64,000 bases of DNA from Botryllus schlosseri (taxonomy: Eukaryota): contig CM119372.1 of assembly GCA_051294905.1 (NCBI GenBank), forward strand, positions 21,576,001 through 21,640,000. The letters run 5' to 3'. The position numbers and the translations under genes are program-made. The notes beneath the pieces are model-generated. The model made no database searches, was not told the origin of the DNA, and saw only the letters and a program-made list of their open reading frames with translations. Of this stretch, positions 47,601 to 62,600 are shown piece by piece; position 1 is the stretch's first letter, and each line of letters opens with the position of its first letter.

Positions 47601-50600
47601 ATTTCATACCATGCGCTCGTCATATGTCATAAAAGTTTTGACCTTTCGCTGATCGCCATTATAACTGATATTCGCATCGCCGGTTTATCATATCAACACA
47701 TTTTTTTCAAACAGCTGCTTATTCTTCTATAAGTCGCAATTCAAACTATCGGCATAAATATCAAATCATAGTCATATTCCTTACTTGAGCCGACGTCACC
47801 ACTTTAAAAATACTAACATATATTATGTTGCGATATCAAATTGCAGATTAAAAATCAATCAGCAGTATTTGCCATACACATATTATTTTTCCATTTTACC
47901 CAACGTTACAGAAGAGCCCTATATCGTTGATATTTAGCAAATAGCACTATCGGCAACCAAATATATAACACGGTCTTACTGTTATTTCACCCCCAGTATC
48001 CTATGAAAGTCTCAGTAACCTCATCAAAGTACGCGCCACGTGAATTATCAGCACAAGGAAAAAAAGGCATGAACCAATTTTCCTGACACTGCCAAGATCC
48101 TGACCTAAGGAAATATCATTCGAGGAATGATAACACAATTCCACGCATATGGTGAACTTCTTATTGGGGTATGTTAACCGACATTTGCCAAGATTTCGAG
48201 CACGCTGCAATGCCCGAACAGCTAGTCAGAATTAGATCGCGAAAATACATTGAAAACAGCGTGACCACGATGCACATGCCGTCACAATACTCCTGTTTCG
48301 CATCGGTTGAAAGAGACAATTACTCAATGAGTACTTTATTGGACGCGGCAATCCGGACTACTCCAAACCCTTTGTTTGGAGAACTTGGCATTGAACCCGA
48401 CCAGCTGTGAAGGGAACCAATCAATTACAGACAGTTCTATTAATAGTAGCGCAACCCCAGAATTAGTCTCTCATTTCCCGCCAACAATCAAATATTTATT
48501 GTGAAAACATTCGACGTGACTATTACGAGAAGTAGCGTCTCATCACTTTGCCCGGTAACAGGCGGCGCCATTGGGGCGAAAACAAGGGATTCTGCGTAGG
48601 CCGCATTTTTATCGCACAATAAGCACCGCGCAAGCGCAACATTTCCGATGTAAATCAACCCTGTGGAATTCGTGGCAAGTCTTGCCTCAGCACTTCATGC
48701 TTTTGTCGCGCACAGCGTGCAACCAGCGTAGGTACGGTCGCACGCGCAAAAACAATGGAACCCAAGGTTTTTGGCTTCCGACAATCGCCAGGTAACTGAC
48801 ACTCGAGCATCCATTTCCGTCAATCTAATTTAGACACGGAACAGGAAGATTCAGAGGTTATGAAATTCGAATTGTTCTGTCCAGAAGGGACCTTCACAGC
48901 ACAACATTGGCGACAACATAAGTCGAATAATCATGCCGTGTAACTTATTCTACATGCACGTGATTTGAGCGCCGAATACGTGAAGGATCTGTGTTTGCTT
49001 CGTGATCAAGCGTCTTCGAATATGTTCTGGAAAAACACGCTGATATATTACGCCGATTGAGTGAGTTTTTCGGTCCCGTATGTCAACATTTGACAGCGGA
49101 ATAAAAAATTAATAGCAGCTCTTTTACTTGTTGTTTTGTCGGGTGTCTACTGATCAGTTTCTTATTGTGTTCTTATACTGTCCAATTCTGGTGTGTAGCC
49201 TATGTCTCGGCCACCGTTGTCGTGATGCGTAATATTTGTGCTCCAGGGATGGAATTGGCTACATGGCCCACCAGGTCGTATCGTAGCTCCCCTGTCCATG
49301 CAGTTAATTTGATGTTACTTTTTCGTGCTTTCCTGGTGAGACGAATTCAATAAACGATCAATATGTGACAGGTATGGATACGCAAATGGTTTAAGTCCTT
49401 TAAGAGCCAATTGGACGCGGGCCACTATGAATAAGAATCGACTGAGAACAGTTGCTTTTCAGTAACTTGCACTTGACGAGGCTATGCGAACTATCACACG
49501 CAATCCGGCATAAATAGGAACCGCGTACCCGTGGATACGACTTTTGTGTCCATCACGTTTACAAAAATATGCTTACTAGATAGGCGTTATGTGGGCTGGT
49601 TGCAAAACTTTCAATAAGAGCTAATGAGATGACCACCGACGAGAATCGATGGCGGCGCGCAGTTTCACAAACTCCCTTGGTGCGTGTTCTAATTATCATT
49701 TCACGATTGTATGGCATGTTGTCACGAATTTCTCGCAGTACATTCCGGAACTGAGCTGAAGGAAAGGTAAGTAAATTCGAAAAGACGGAGTATAGCAATA
49801 CAAACACACGCCTCGCGCGATACAAAGCGGGCTGTTGGCTTGGTTTGGGATCAAAGAGCAATAGATATACACATAGTGGAAATGATTTATATTCGATTCA
49901 TCCAATACTGGTCGTGGCACGCGATAGCGCGATCCGTTTCGATAGAGGCTGTGTCCGCAAAGCCGCGGCAGGCGTCCTATGCTGAAAGCACTCATAGCTA
50001 CTGCTATGTATCCTGATTTCGCGTGGCACTCAATGCAAACACTTCGACCTTGTATGACAGATGGCATCGCTGACGTGAAGATACTACTTCTAGCGTCGCA
50101 ATATCGTGGGATAAGGTCATGATATGGCGCACGCGTGGTCGACGAATTCTACTAGATTGTTCTGAAATGCAAACAGATTTACCCATTTAACTCGAACCCA
50201 TATTGCATGTACTTTTGTTTACAATCGGTGTCGTCTTTAATTGGTCGTTGCACCCGTTTGCAGGTCAATACATAACGAGTCGAGCTACTTGACATTATTT
50301 CGCAACAATCCCTGTTTTTGGGCTATTAATCCTCATAAATTGAGCGACTTTTTATGATTTCCAAACGATGTAGCGTTGTCCGCTATACTGGATAAAGCGT
50401 CCCCCCTTTTACAATTATATAGCAACTGTGTTCTAGTGGCGCACGGTAAAAATTTGAATATTCGAATCGCGAAACCCGATGTAGACTTTCTTACAGTGTA
50501 AGAATAAGTATGTTCGAATAGATGCAGTTTCGTTTGCTGAAAATCATCAAAATCCCCACAATATATTGAAGTCTCGAATCGCTTTCTAATACGCTTCTCC

Positions 50601-53600
50601 GAAACAAAAATCGCACTAACCGAATGCATAGTGCTGCAATTTGCACGATACGTAAATGCCATGTATGAAGTATGCACCATGTTCATATATTTTATGTTTT
50701 GGATTCCCTTTTGTTGTGATGGTGGATTGCTAATGCATATCAAGTCAATACAAGTGTCCACTGAGCGGGATTTATTTAACGCTACTAGAACTGATGTTTT
50801 TGCTACGTCATGTAGGGGTATCCTGGAAAATCTGGATTGCTCTTTCGCGTGTATATATAATTAACCTTGCCTATAAAAGCTCTGAACCGAAATCGTCGTA
50901 ACGTCGATTGCAGTTCGATAACTTATGAGAGTTAAAGATGGAAATACATGACTTTACAGTGCCGAATACTTCGTATCTCTCTACAGGGAGACCAATGAGA
51001 ACTGGACAATGGACAGGACATGCACATTGCACATCTACCAATCGAACGAGTATCATGTTGTAAAACACTCAAGTGGCGGATTAGAGCGTAGCCAGAGCGT
51101 TGCGACGTTCATTTTAGAGTTTATCGATGCAAGCGTATATAGACAGACCTCATTCTTTAAACTGTGTTCAAGAAATCCCAACTAAAAGTTGACGCATCAC
51201 ATTTCATATGGGTAATTCACATCGACTTGTTCAGGGAAATTATCATATGATTGCTTTGGTTCAGGAAGGACTTATGAAACACCATTCCTGGAAAGCGCAA
51301 ATCAAGGCCATTTATCAATAGCGCCCCGAAATCTTCCACAGCCCAGCAATGGTAATCTACCGCGATTTTCCTCAATAAATTAGGAACATTTGCCAATTAA
51401 AACAATCAATATACCATATTATCGACAAATTTTCTAGCAATTCATGGTGGTACCGAAAACGACAACATTGTCATTCAACGTAGACGACATATGGCAATTA
51501 TCGCTTCATCCGTTTATTTACTAGAGGGTCGTTGTCAAACTGACACCATAATGTGCAATGCAATTGTACAAGTTACACACGAACAAAGTTTGACATAGCA
51601 CTGGCGTCCGACCCAGTTCTATGTATTGCCTGCCATACCCTGCGCATAAACAATGCTAAATATTTGTCAGAGTGTATACAACAACTGGTATACACTATAC
51701 ACCTAACAGGACAGTGGATATAAACGTATAGTCATACGCATGCGTGTATCACATTTTATCTCTACAGGAAGAAGAGTAAATTGGATATGATTTAAGCTAC
51801 ACCAAGGTCAGAAATCTCGTCACAGTAGTTTAGCAAGTTTACCGCACAATTAAAGATTTTACTTACTTCCTTCAGCGTATTCGTTTCCTTATTCCCAGTA
51901 ATGAGATATCGCATACCCATAAAGCTCCATCTTCGCTTCTGTTTTATACTCCTCCTCATCGTAACAAATCGGAGATATCCAACCACCCACAGAGATTAAA
52001 TTATATACTCGCAGTATATATACCTCGGCTAGATTCTACAACCTGAATGAACGACGATGCAATTGTATCGACCCAAAGTCAGCAATTGACGCGTGTCGCG
52101 AATCGCTTCAGCTGCTAACGTACACCGTTAAAAACTGTGTTGTACCTTAGGAACAATCAAGACCCGTCTTCACAATAATTGTCTGTTCGAAGCTTATCCA
52201 TAGCACGCGACAAGTTCATTGTTCTGAGATATTCTTCTCACAAATAATCCTTTGTGGCCCCTAATTTTGACGTACCTAATACAGTAATGATAATGCTCCA
52301 CGCCAGTATTTTAAGGAGGCTGTATATTGTATATATTGTACCTTCCAATCATTAAAGACCGCACGCGACAATTGCTGCATATTTCGCGATCATTATCCAT
52401 GCATTATTCATAGACGCACGCGAGACGTCAAGCGATTGCGTCTAAATAAACTCTCGCTGGCACGCAATCCGACCCCGCCTTGTTCAGTACCAACGCAGTT
52501 TTCTACAGCGTAGCTCACCGCAACGCGATATTAATTTCCAATTACTATGTTTGCCAACGATACGATTTAGCAACGTCATATTGCTTTGATGTGTTGCGCG
52601 AATTGCGTAACCTGGCAACGAGATCGTGTGGACCGAACGTGAAAGCAAAACCTTCGGAAATGGATACAATGGTTGCCTTCAATTGCATTTTTCGATGGCT
52701 AACAGTTTTCCGGCATTGCAGGTAGAGAGTCTTATGTCTGGTTCACTAATAGTATGAAAGATAAATATATACTCTGGAACACGGGGTTCGTTTTACCCCG
52801 AATTTTCAGCGCTATCTCACACTATGACGCAAGAATCGTTCATACGTTCTAAACTTGGACTACCCGACCACTTGAGAGTAGCTCGATACTATCCCAAAAC
52901 CACTTCTGTACTTAAGAACGTTATAGAATGATACTATAAGTAGGGATCTACGGGTAATGGAGTCCACGGGTATAATTGTTATCAACATGAGACAAATGTT
53001 GGTGACGATTGATAATGGAAAGACAACAATGGAATAAGAAATATAAAAAAGAGATGGAAACAACCATAACGAAGCCTGTATCATTCAATATCAAAACCAA
53101 ATTATTTCGCTGTGTTTCGGCATAATGGTTGCTTAATACGATCACGCTCTAATCAAAACGAGTGAATTCATGCAGATAATTATAATTATCGAGTAATAGA
53201 AGTGCCGAATACTGATACGGACAAGCGTAAAATCGACATTGCAAAGTTCTAATGAAAACCCACGGCCTTACCAAAATGCACTTGACCGATTCATAATGTT
53301 GATATAAAATATAAATTACCTATTTCGCGGTGGTTTTGGAGTGAATTTGGGTCGCACCATGGACTCCTGACTCGGGCAAAATGTCGGATTTACTAGGCTC
53401 ATTGATAATATTTGGGGTACGAACGTCTGCATATAATACATAGATAAAGAGTTACGCTGCTAACGAATTCAGACTATGCTCCTTCTGCCAGTCTCAATGT
53501 AATGGTGATATTTACATAGGTATTCATACGCACTCCCGTCATTACAATCGAGGCTTTGCGTTTTCCTTTTTTTTATATATCTATTCTACACAACCACATG

Positions 53601-56600
53601 ACTGTTATCCCAAGTCGCCATTCACCTTCTATTGTGTATACTTGTCACTATCTTTATCCCACACCCGACTCATCAAATGAAAGTCCTGCAAGCGCCGCAT
53701 TGGCGCACAATTAATGCAACAACTGCAAATTGTCTACAGTGACCAACACGGCGTCAAATTCAATGTGCCGAAACCAGCCAACGCGAAAACGCTGCTGGCT
53801 TGCGTGACAGCTCAGTGACACAATTGCCGCCTCGCTATAAGATCCTACTACAGCGACAACACGGCTTAAATGGCCCTTTTATTATCCGCACTGCAGCCGT
53901 AACCGCTCGTTCGGGGCATTGTCAGTGTAGATAGTGTCGATTAATAATCCGGCCACAAACGTGACACACCCGGAGATGAAGTATATCGATAGTACTTCAG
54001 TTCAATTCGCAAACAAATGGTAAACTGTCATAACATTACGAGACTTGAAGGTAGAATTTGATTCCAACATCACTCACGGTCGGCATATATGCAGTCCATA
54101 TGGGCAGCTCAACATCTCTTCACAGGTAGTATACAGTAATGAAGCAGAGAATATATATGAATTCAACGGGTGGGGTGTGATGAAAACGTCTAGCATAATC
54201 GTTGACAGATATGTAAATAAGTAGATAAAAGTATGAGGCGTAGCACGCCATCATGACCTGAAATAACCAAACCAACGAATATTTCTATTGTTGGTTGGTC
54301 CAGGGTGATTGAAAATGAAGGGACGCCGCTTTGAATGACAGGTGCATTGTTCTAGGATGGGGGTCGACAGAGAATAATATATCCCGTATCCAAAGAAGAT
54401 GCAGGTCGGCAATAGTGTTAATAGATCAGAGTTACTTCTATAAATTATTTATATCAGTGGTTCTCAACTTCTGGAACTCGCGGACCGCCAAAACTTCAAA
54501 ACATTTGTTTCGGACCGGTTAACCTTCAAATGTATGCAACTTAGGTGTAATATTGAACACCTTATTTATTGCTGCGTCTTTTATATCGGATACTTATATG
54601 TGGTTCTATTGAAGTGTTTGCAAGGTGAAGCTCGTGACGTCATGTTTAAGACCACTACCTTGATTGTATATGTTCATATCCTTTGAAAGATATGCGACTT
54701 TGCTGTTTGCTAGTGCCTCTATTATACTGCCAAATGTCGATTAATTGCGCTCTCGGAATTTGCCGAAGTTTGTCTAGAAGTCTATGTAGTAGCTTTCACA
54801 TATAACTTGTCACAAACGATTTGTAGTCTACTTTCAAACAGTTTCTTACAACAATTACTCCAGTGTGACTTACCCCAACAATCACTATGCAGAAACATAT
54901 CTAAATCAATTCAAAAATTGAAGATTTCTTTCTCTAATTAATAGACAAGCGTACAACTTCATACATTTTGGAATTTATATAACCAAATTGCTCTGAGCTA
55001 AAGATGGTCTACAAAGTAAAGGATTGTAACATTGAAAGTAATGGAAATGATAATATACGAAAAAATGACGAAGACAAAGAAATAATGACCCCGAAGGGAC
55101 TCGAACCCTCAATCTTCTGATTCGAAGTCAGACGCCTTATCCATTAGGCCACGAGGCCGCCATGAACACGGTAGGTAGTGATATAAGTGTTCTTTTGTGT
55201 AGTGATTTTCATTTTAAGAATGGAGTCCATGGGCTACATTGCAGTTCCATATCATTCGCAGTAGAATCTGTACAGGTAACTTTGCTACTGCTGATGGATA
55301 AAATAGGCACATGACCTCTTCCTGGCCCGTTTACGGGCCAGGAAGATACATGGATGCAGCAGTTTTCTGATGGATATATTTTCTTACTATATATGACCAA
55401 GATGCAGTGAGTGACTGGAAGAGGAAATTCAAGGAATTTTGTTTAAATATGTTAAGATGTACGTTAAATTCTTAGGTATTATCAACAATTAACATTCCAA
55501 GGCTAAAACATTTCAAGGTTCGTCTATGAGTGCGTACCTTTGAAATATCAAGATAGGCATACCGAACATAGGCGTGAACAAGACATTCGTACTATCCTCC
55601 CTTTTGCATTGAACATTGTGCTACAGGATCTGAATTGTTGCCAATATGTAGAAAAATGCCCCAAATACCGGAATAATGAACAAGAATGTCGAGAATACTT
55701 CGCGAATATAATCACTATGCACCTGCACCTGCATTCTACAGTTAAAAATAATGACCACGAAGGGACTCGAACCCTCAATCTTCTGATTCGAAGTCAGACG
55801 CCTTATCCATTAGGCCACGAGGCCGCCGCATATGCAGTTCTTTCATGAAATGTATCATGCATAAGGCTTCAAGATTAAAACATTTCGAAAACATCACACT
55901 ACACAGGGTTTGCGTTTGCTTATCCTAAGAAACGAAGAATGGCCCGTAGATTGAGTAATTTCTTATTTTACAAGTGCAACATACCAGACATTACACGCCC
56001 AACTAACTATCCGGGACGATTCAATGATTTTCGAATTCTAAACTTTTCACGAATACTCATCAGTTGTGTGATCGCTATTAATTCCAAATTAGACGTTACA
56101 TCATCGTCGGAATTCGGAAAAAAGGCAATTATACCATTACCGCCGGACCACACATATTTTATATTCTACCATAGCGCGCACGGTACGTTTGGTGATATGT
56201 TCTGGTGCATGGGTCCGAGAAAAACCGCGAATCAGGGAGTAGAGATATTATCTGGGTCTATATAACTTTGAATGGAGGATGCACGATACTCAAAGATCAA
56301 CGGGGTGGAGAATATCTGACCTGGAGCCCAACGTCATCCACAACGAACCCCTTACACCCCACCGCTCAATGGTATTTCAATCTTAATTCCTAAAGTGTGA
56401 AATTTACACCCATGCGTCATCTGCATTATTCAGAACTCGAAGAGAAATAGATTGTTTTTGCAGCTGCTTTGGCGGCGTTGGCCGAATCGCTGACGTCGTG
56501 TCATTGAGTAATGGTGATTGAACACTAGCAATTGATGGTTGCCTTGAACTTGATTTTTGAACGCTCCAAAATCATATCTGACGAAAATCTTCATAACCAC

Positions 56601-59600
56601 ACGTTCTGTTACCTGCGTTTGTACGAGAAAGGCGGAGATGGAGACGGTATATGTTTACAAAATATGATGATCCGGAAGTCGTGAATATACTACCACAGGT
56701 TCCTGGAATAGCAAACGACCTACTGTGGCAAAATAGATTGACCTCAATTGACTGAGTGCACAACTGCACGTGTGCTCAACAAAACAGTGATTGGCATCTG
56801 TCCCCTGTTTCATGCGTATTGAAGATATCATCTCGGAAGATGAATATTAATGTAATATGTTCCAAATATCTTCTGATATTTACAGCAACTAATCTTGATT
56901 TTAGAGCAAAAAATAATCTGTGGAGTAACCAAAACTGCAAGACGAATCGCACCCATGACTATCCTTGCATGTTATCACATGACAGCATGAGCGCTGGGCT
57001 GATCTGCTTCTCTCTGTATGCATAGGACTTGTATCGCGACATGGAATCGATGACGCAATTTTTTGACAGCATCAATGTCACAAATGGCGCACAAATTCTG
57101 TACCAGATGTGCGCCAATCGTACAAACTGCTCAGCGTAAAATTGTACATGCAATTTACCGCTATAGCTGCTGATAAAAAAAAACGAATGAAGGATATATA
57201 TAATTGGCTATTGAAGCTAGTGACAACTAATTGCTACAGCCAACCCCCCTGGTGTGAATTATAGTAACATCCAACATAATATTTACAACGACAGGGTGGT
57301 ATAGTTTATTTAATACCCAATCGTCAAGGAAGTATCCATGCCTCGTAAAGTGTATGGGAGTTGCGGAATTTATTGCATTAAAATTCTATCGAAAGAAAAT
57401 GAGATTTAACACGCCTTGTCCTTTTCGCCATAAACACACGCAACATCACAAAGCATAGAAGGTAGGTTTTAATTGCCGAAACACTACAGCGTCGAACTTT
57501 ACGACCAACAGAGCACGCAGCAAGCGCACATTATATGGCCCAGATTCGCAGCGAAGACACGGTTGAACTTTCGGATAAATTGAAGTATCGCAGACGCTGC
57601 TGGCATATGTCGCAGGTCACGAACAGTGCATGCACTAATCCGACCTAAATTGGCACCAAGGTCACGATATTCGCCAAGCTCAAGCTTGCATCAGACAAGA
57701 TTGATGACAGGACTTCGACATCAGTATTTTGTAAGGATTACGCGCTTTCCGCATCAATGAATATATCTCGTCACAGCATTTTTCGGATCAGTGACACGAT
57801 TAAACTCACTGTACTTGCACGCTGGTTACTAATGGATTGAATAGATAAATCGACTCTGAATACATAGATCTTAAATATATATTTCACCCACACCCACACA
57901 CATGGGTGAAAAATAAGCGTATTTACTAGATTTAAGTCCGAGCTTAGGGTGACAATCAAGCCATCGGCACTTACTGGTAACGCACTTTGTTCTCACACCC
58001 CTCCAATGGTTAAAACGAGTAAATACACCAATCCATATGGTGGATATGCATCCCAGCGGTGTCGCGGATTTCGTTTACGCGCACGATCTTTTGCCCCCTT
58101 CTACGGACGGTACAAAAAAACACAGCCCACTCCCTCCCTAGGATATATCTCAATGATAATTAGTGTGTTTGGCTCAAGATCCATTGGAATGGATATGGAA
58201 GCAACATTTTGAGTGAGAAAGTGCCGCTCACCTGTTTGCACCCTACGCTGTAGTAGAAATCGTCGTGATACACGATTTTCGTTTATAGTATACTATATCA
58301 GTTTCCAATCGCGTAAATCATGAACCGACACAAGACAGCCAGCTTTACCTTACTTTTAGCTCAATTAAGTCCTCAATCGCTATCTTCTGCGTATAGAGTG
58401 GCTTGAGAGCGCCCAAACTTAGTATCGCACTATTGACTGCAAATACGCGCTCAATCTATATTAGGCAGCAAATACGTTATCGCCTATCACCTAGCGAGTA
58501 CCCGAAAATGTCAACAGTATATACAGCGTGAGTACGGATTATTATCTGCAAGCGCAAACACACAAGCAGGTACCACACGACAGTACCCATTGTGGGCGAC
58601 GCAGTTATATACATGTTAGCAAATATGCCGATGCAGTGCACAACATGTAATCGAATATTGACGAATATTTTCCTTGCGCAAAACAAATGTTGATAGGTCT
58701 ACATAAATTTATCATCAGCGTCAAAGTCTGTTTAGGTCACAGGCCGAGCAATATCTGCGCAGCACGCATCAGTGTCACTGGTTACTATCGTGAAATACGA
58801 TACCCAGACTAACTTGATAGCGCGCAAGTCATTGGAAGTTCAAGGGAATGTTTACACCGGATCATCCACATAATAATCATCTGGTTTGAGATATTTCTCA
58901 GAATAAACCATCAATATTTCCCCGAATTTATACGAAATCGATTCACGCCAACTCTGTATCGCGATCGGGGGCGTGGCCAGCACGTCTAGGGGCAAAAAGC
59001 CCGGCAGCGAGAGGATTGTTGCGGCCGAATTTTGGATTTTGAACCTTCAGACTTCATTTTAGTCGACTGTCATAATAAATCTCTGACTTCATTTAATAGC
59101 AACTACTCCGATGTATTTCACTACACAACCACACCCCTTTATCGCGAATGTGTAATGACGTAATTATTTATTTCGATTGTAAGCGATGCGTCAGATCCGT
59201 CTTAATGAATTCTAGTGCAACATAGAAATGTAGATAAATAATTGTACCAAGGATGCGAAAAATCGTACCACCGCCGATTCGAATTCGACTTCATTATATA
59301 CGTTAGAAATGAATCGATCAATATTTTGTATGAACGGAAATAATATATCATTACCTTAAAATACCAGCATGCCTTGAATCATACATAATTGTACCGTATA
59401 TAGCGTGCGCTTGCATGCGGCATCAGCGCAAGTTAAAGTGATTTTGGATTGCTGTCAATCAAAGTCGCTTTGTACAACGCGTAGATGCAATGTATGACGA
59501 CGAAGTGACGTGATCAACCCTATTGATCTGCTTCAAACATTCTGATTCGAGAATGGAAAAACCCGTTTCGAATTAACGTCTTACTCGAATCGCCTGATCT

Positions 59601-62600
59601 CCAGATAATTAGAATCGATTTGGAATCAGTTCTTCGTACTACCCATCCATAATGACTGCTCCCGTGTGCTCCATCAATTTAGACAATCATCGAAGGAACG
59701 GGCATTTGGCTTGGTGGGGTATGGTACTAACTGAGGCCTAATTGCGCCAACTAGCGTGAAACGACTTTAGGAGACAACTTGCTTGGCGGTAACATTATTC
59801 ACGTCCTTGCTGGATTTGACTCTATATTATACCACATTTTTCACTTCAACGTCACTATTTCACTTCATAATGTTACACCGCGAAACAAGCGACGCCACTC
59901 ACCACCACGTCCAAGTAGAAGCTATCGAATTCCTGCCTTTGTATTTTCAGGTCATTCAGCGAATCGGCCACTTCCCCAAATTTATTGCTCAGTTCGTCTT
60001 TTCGATCGGTGGCCCACGATACGATCTGGAGATGTGGAGAATGGAGAGTAGAATAAAGATGTTGCAATAAAATAGAGAAACGGATTCGGCATTAAGACTA
60101 AATTCTGCAATCGTCGCAAATCAGGCAATCGTATAATTGCAGCATGAGAATGCGTTGTTTACGCATTACGCATTACGCATTACGCATTACGTAGGCTACT
60201 ACGAATCCGTTAAAAGGCTCTTCTATTATAAGAGTAATTACACCGATATGGTCGGGTTATGATGATGAAAAGACGTAAATCAATTGACTTGACATTGCAT
60301 TCTGCTGGACCACAACTCCACTGAGTACGCCACTGCGCACATGGTATCACAACAACAGTCGCAATTCGACAACTGTTATGGCCTAATTACCAATCAGACA
60401 TGGGGTAATCGCGATTAGTAATCGTAATCGATTACGACGATTACAGCATTTTCAAGTAATCGTAATCGCAATCGATTACATTCGAAAAAAATCCAAAGTA
60501 ATCGTAATCGTAATCGACTACTTCACATATCTAATCGATTTTTTTGTGAAAGGACGATTACTTTTTATTTGTATAATGAATATGACATAACCGAACATTC
60601 GTGAACAAGGAGGAGATATTCTACCAGGTTATTGATAGCGCAAACGGTTGATTTTCAAACGCCACTTCTCATTATTACGTCAGAAGCATTAGCTTTGCTC
60701 GTCCTTGCGTAAGAAGTATCCACACGTAGTAAATATATATTCGATGTACATTGTTGTGTTATTGTTAGAACAGTGTAAGCCACGCTGTATGTCAGGTTAT
60801 CAATACACTCCAGACGGCACTACCTCGCAGCAAGATAATAATCACCACTCTGCCTAGTTTCTAATAGTAACTTATGTATTGATGTTTGGGTATGCTTAGA
60901 TATACACAGTTTGACCGTTGCTGCTTGGCGAGCAGTAGGCCTATCTATGTAATATACGTACGTCAAATAAAACATTACGATGGTTAAAAGCAACAGCTGC
61001 TGATATATATCATAACCGTGCCGTTCTTTGCCGTTTCTCGTAACGGCACCTTGCAGTATCTGTATTAAGTGGAAGGTAGAATTTTAAGTTCACTTCATCT
61101 TATTCTCATATGACTCTACTTAAAACGGGCGCAAATCGTTATTTCACAATTCTTCACTCGACATTTACACCTGTCGCCATAGCCATCCGCTTATACACCA
61201 TGTTAGCGTGGGTTCTAGGTACAATCAGGATCAAAACAGCAATTCGTCCCCCACTCCAATCGTTGGTATTGGCAGGGTTGTAACCAAGTCACAATGTTAC
61301 GAGTCAGAAGTCGATCTCACTTTTATAGTTTTGACACGAGTCAGGTCGAGTCATTTTCAATTCACCCCCGAGTCAAGTCCGAGTCCAAGTCAGCTAGTAT
61401 AGGGTCGAGTCCGAGTCATAGTGTTTGACTCGACTACGAGTACAAGTCGGTATGTTCACAGATCAGTTTTCAGATCAATCCGGTTTTAGCCACTTTTTTC
61501 AACTCTGCTCGAGTGATATCGAATGGATCGTATTCATAATATAGTAATTTTTATCAGTTTTATCAGTATGCGGCCCTATTTCCATGTACCAGGACTGCAT
61601 GATGATAGACGAAATACAAATAATGTGGTAACTTTACTATTCTTCGAAGTTACATGGAATGTCCGTCTTGGCCGTTCTAGTCTCGAGTCCTATGACTTGG
61701 TTTGAGTCATGCAAAATGACTCGAGTACAAGTCGAGTCAATACAAAAATTGACTCGAGTCAAGTCTAGTCACCAAAAAATCGCGACTCGAGTCATTACAA
61801 CCCTGGGTTTTGGGGCCCCATGGTGGTCAGTTTTCAAGTTGATCACTGAATTTCGTCTTAATATGGGTAATTGCATTATATTGCTATACATTCAGATTTA
61901 CCGGTAGAGCTGGGGGCACGTAATTCATAATTATAGCATCTGGTATGTTGTTATAATTACTTTATTGTATGTTGTTAATTCGTGACCTCCCGCCTTTTAT
62001 GTAATCAAAAGATACTGCACTCGCCCAAACGTAAGAAAATTTTCGTGAGACGCACACACAAATTGTCATGTCATCATTCTTCTGTAAGTACCCCTGCTAG
62101 CATTTGCATTGTTGGGGCTCAGATTGGAGAGACCGGATTATTCGTCACGCCCACAGAGCGCGGCTACTGACAATGGACACATACCCAAAGTTTTGGCCAA
62201 GGTCATTCTTTTGTAGCACACGTTGTGGAGTTGCATGTTGGCCGAAATTGCATACGTCTTTTGGTGTGTCGTACCGGGGTAATGACGGCCACCGAAATGC
62301 ACATTCTTATGAATTATGCATGCTTTTTTTCTTGAGGGGGAGAGGTATGCATTTCAAAATCGAGCTATTTAAAGACATTATCTCGAAGAAAATTTTCAAG
62401 TTAATTAACTCTCTTGCAAATACTCTATTATAATTTATGTTGATTTACGAAATACTTTTGAGTCCCCTTAGAACTCGCTCCCGGTCGTATTGGGGAGTTC
62501 GGGGTGTGGCAGTTACGGACCTGACAAGAATGCAAATCGTTGGCTGCGACGAATAGTCCTGCATATAGTTGGGAAATGGGTGCATTATGACGTAACAAGC

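Noticed and set aside
49700-49775. Plus-strand AAG|GTAAGT donor as an antisense gene exon
   Set aside because: No compatible downstream exon found; an isolated donor is expected by chance.
50333-50761. 142-aa ORF with IYCGDF as an APE endonuclease
   Set aside because: Single motif, other APE motifs absent or in the wrong order.
55317-55360. Hairpin as a Helitron 3' end
   Set aside because: No CTRR terminus at the expected distance on either strand.
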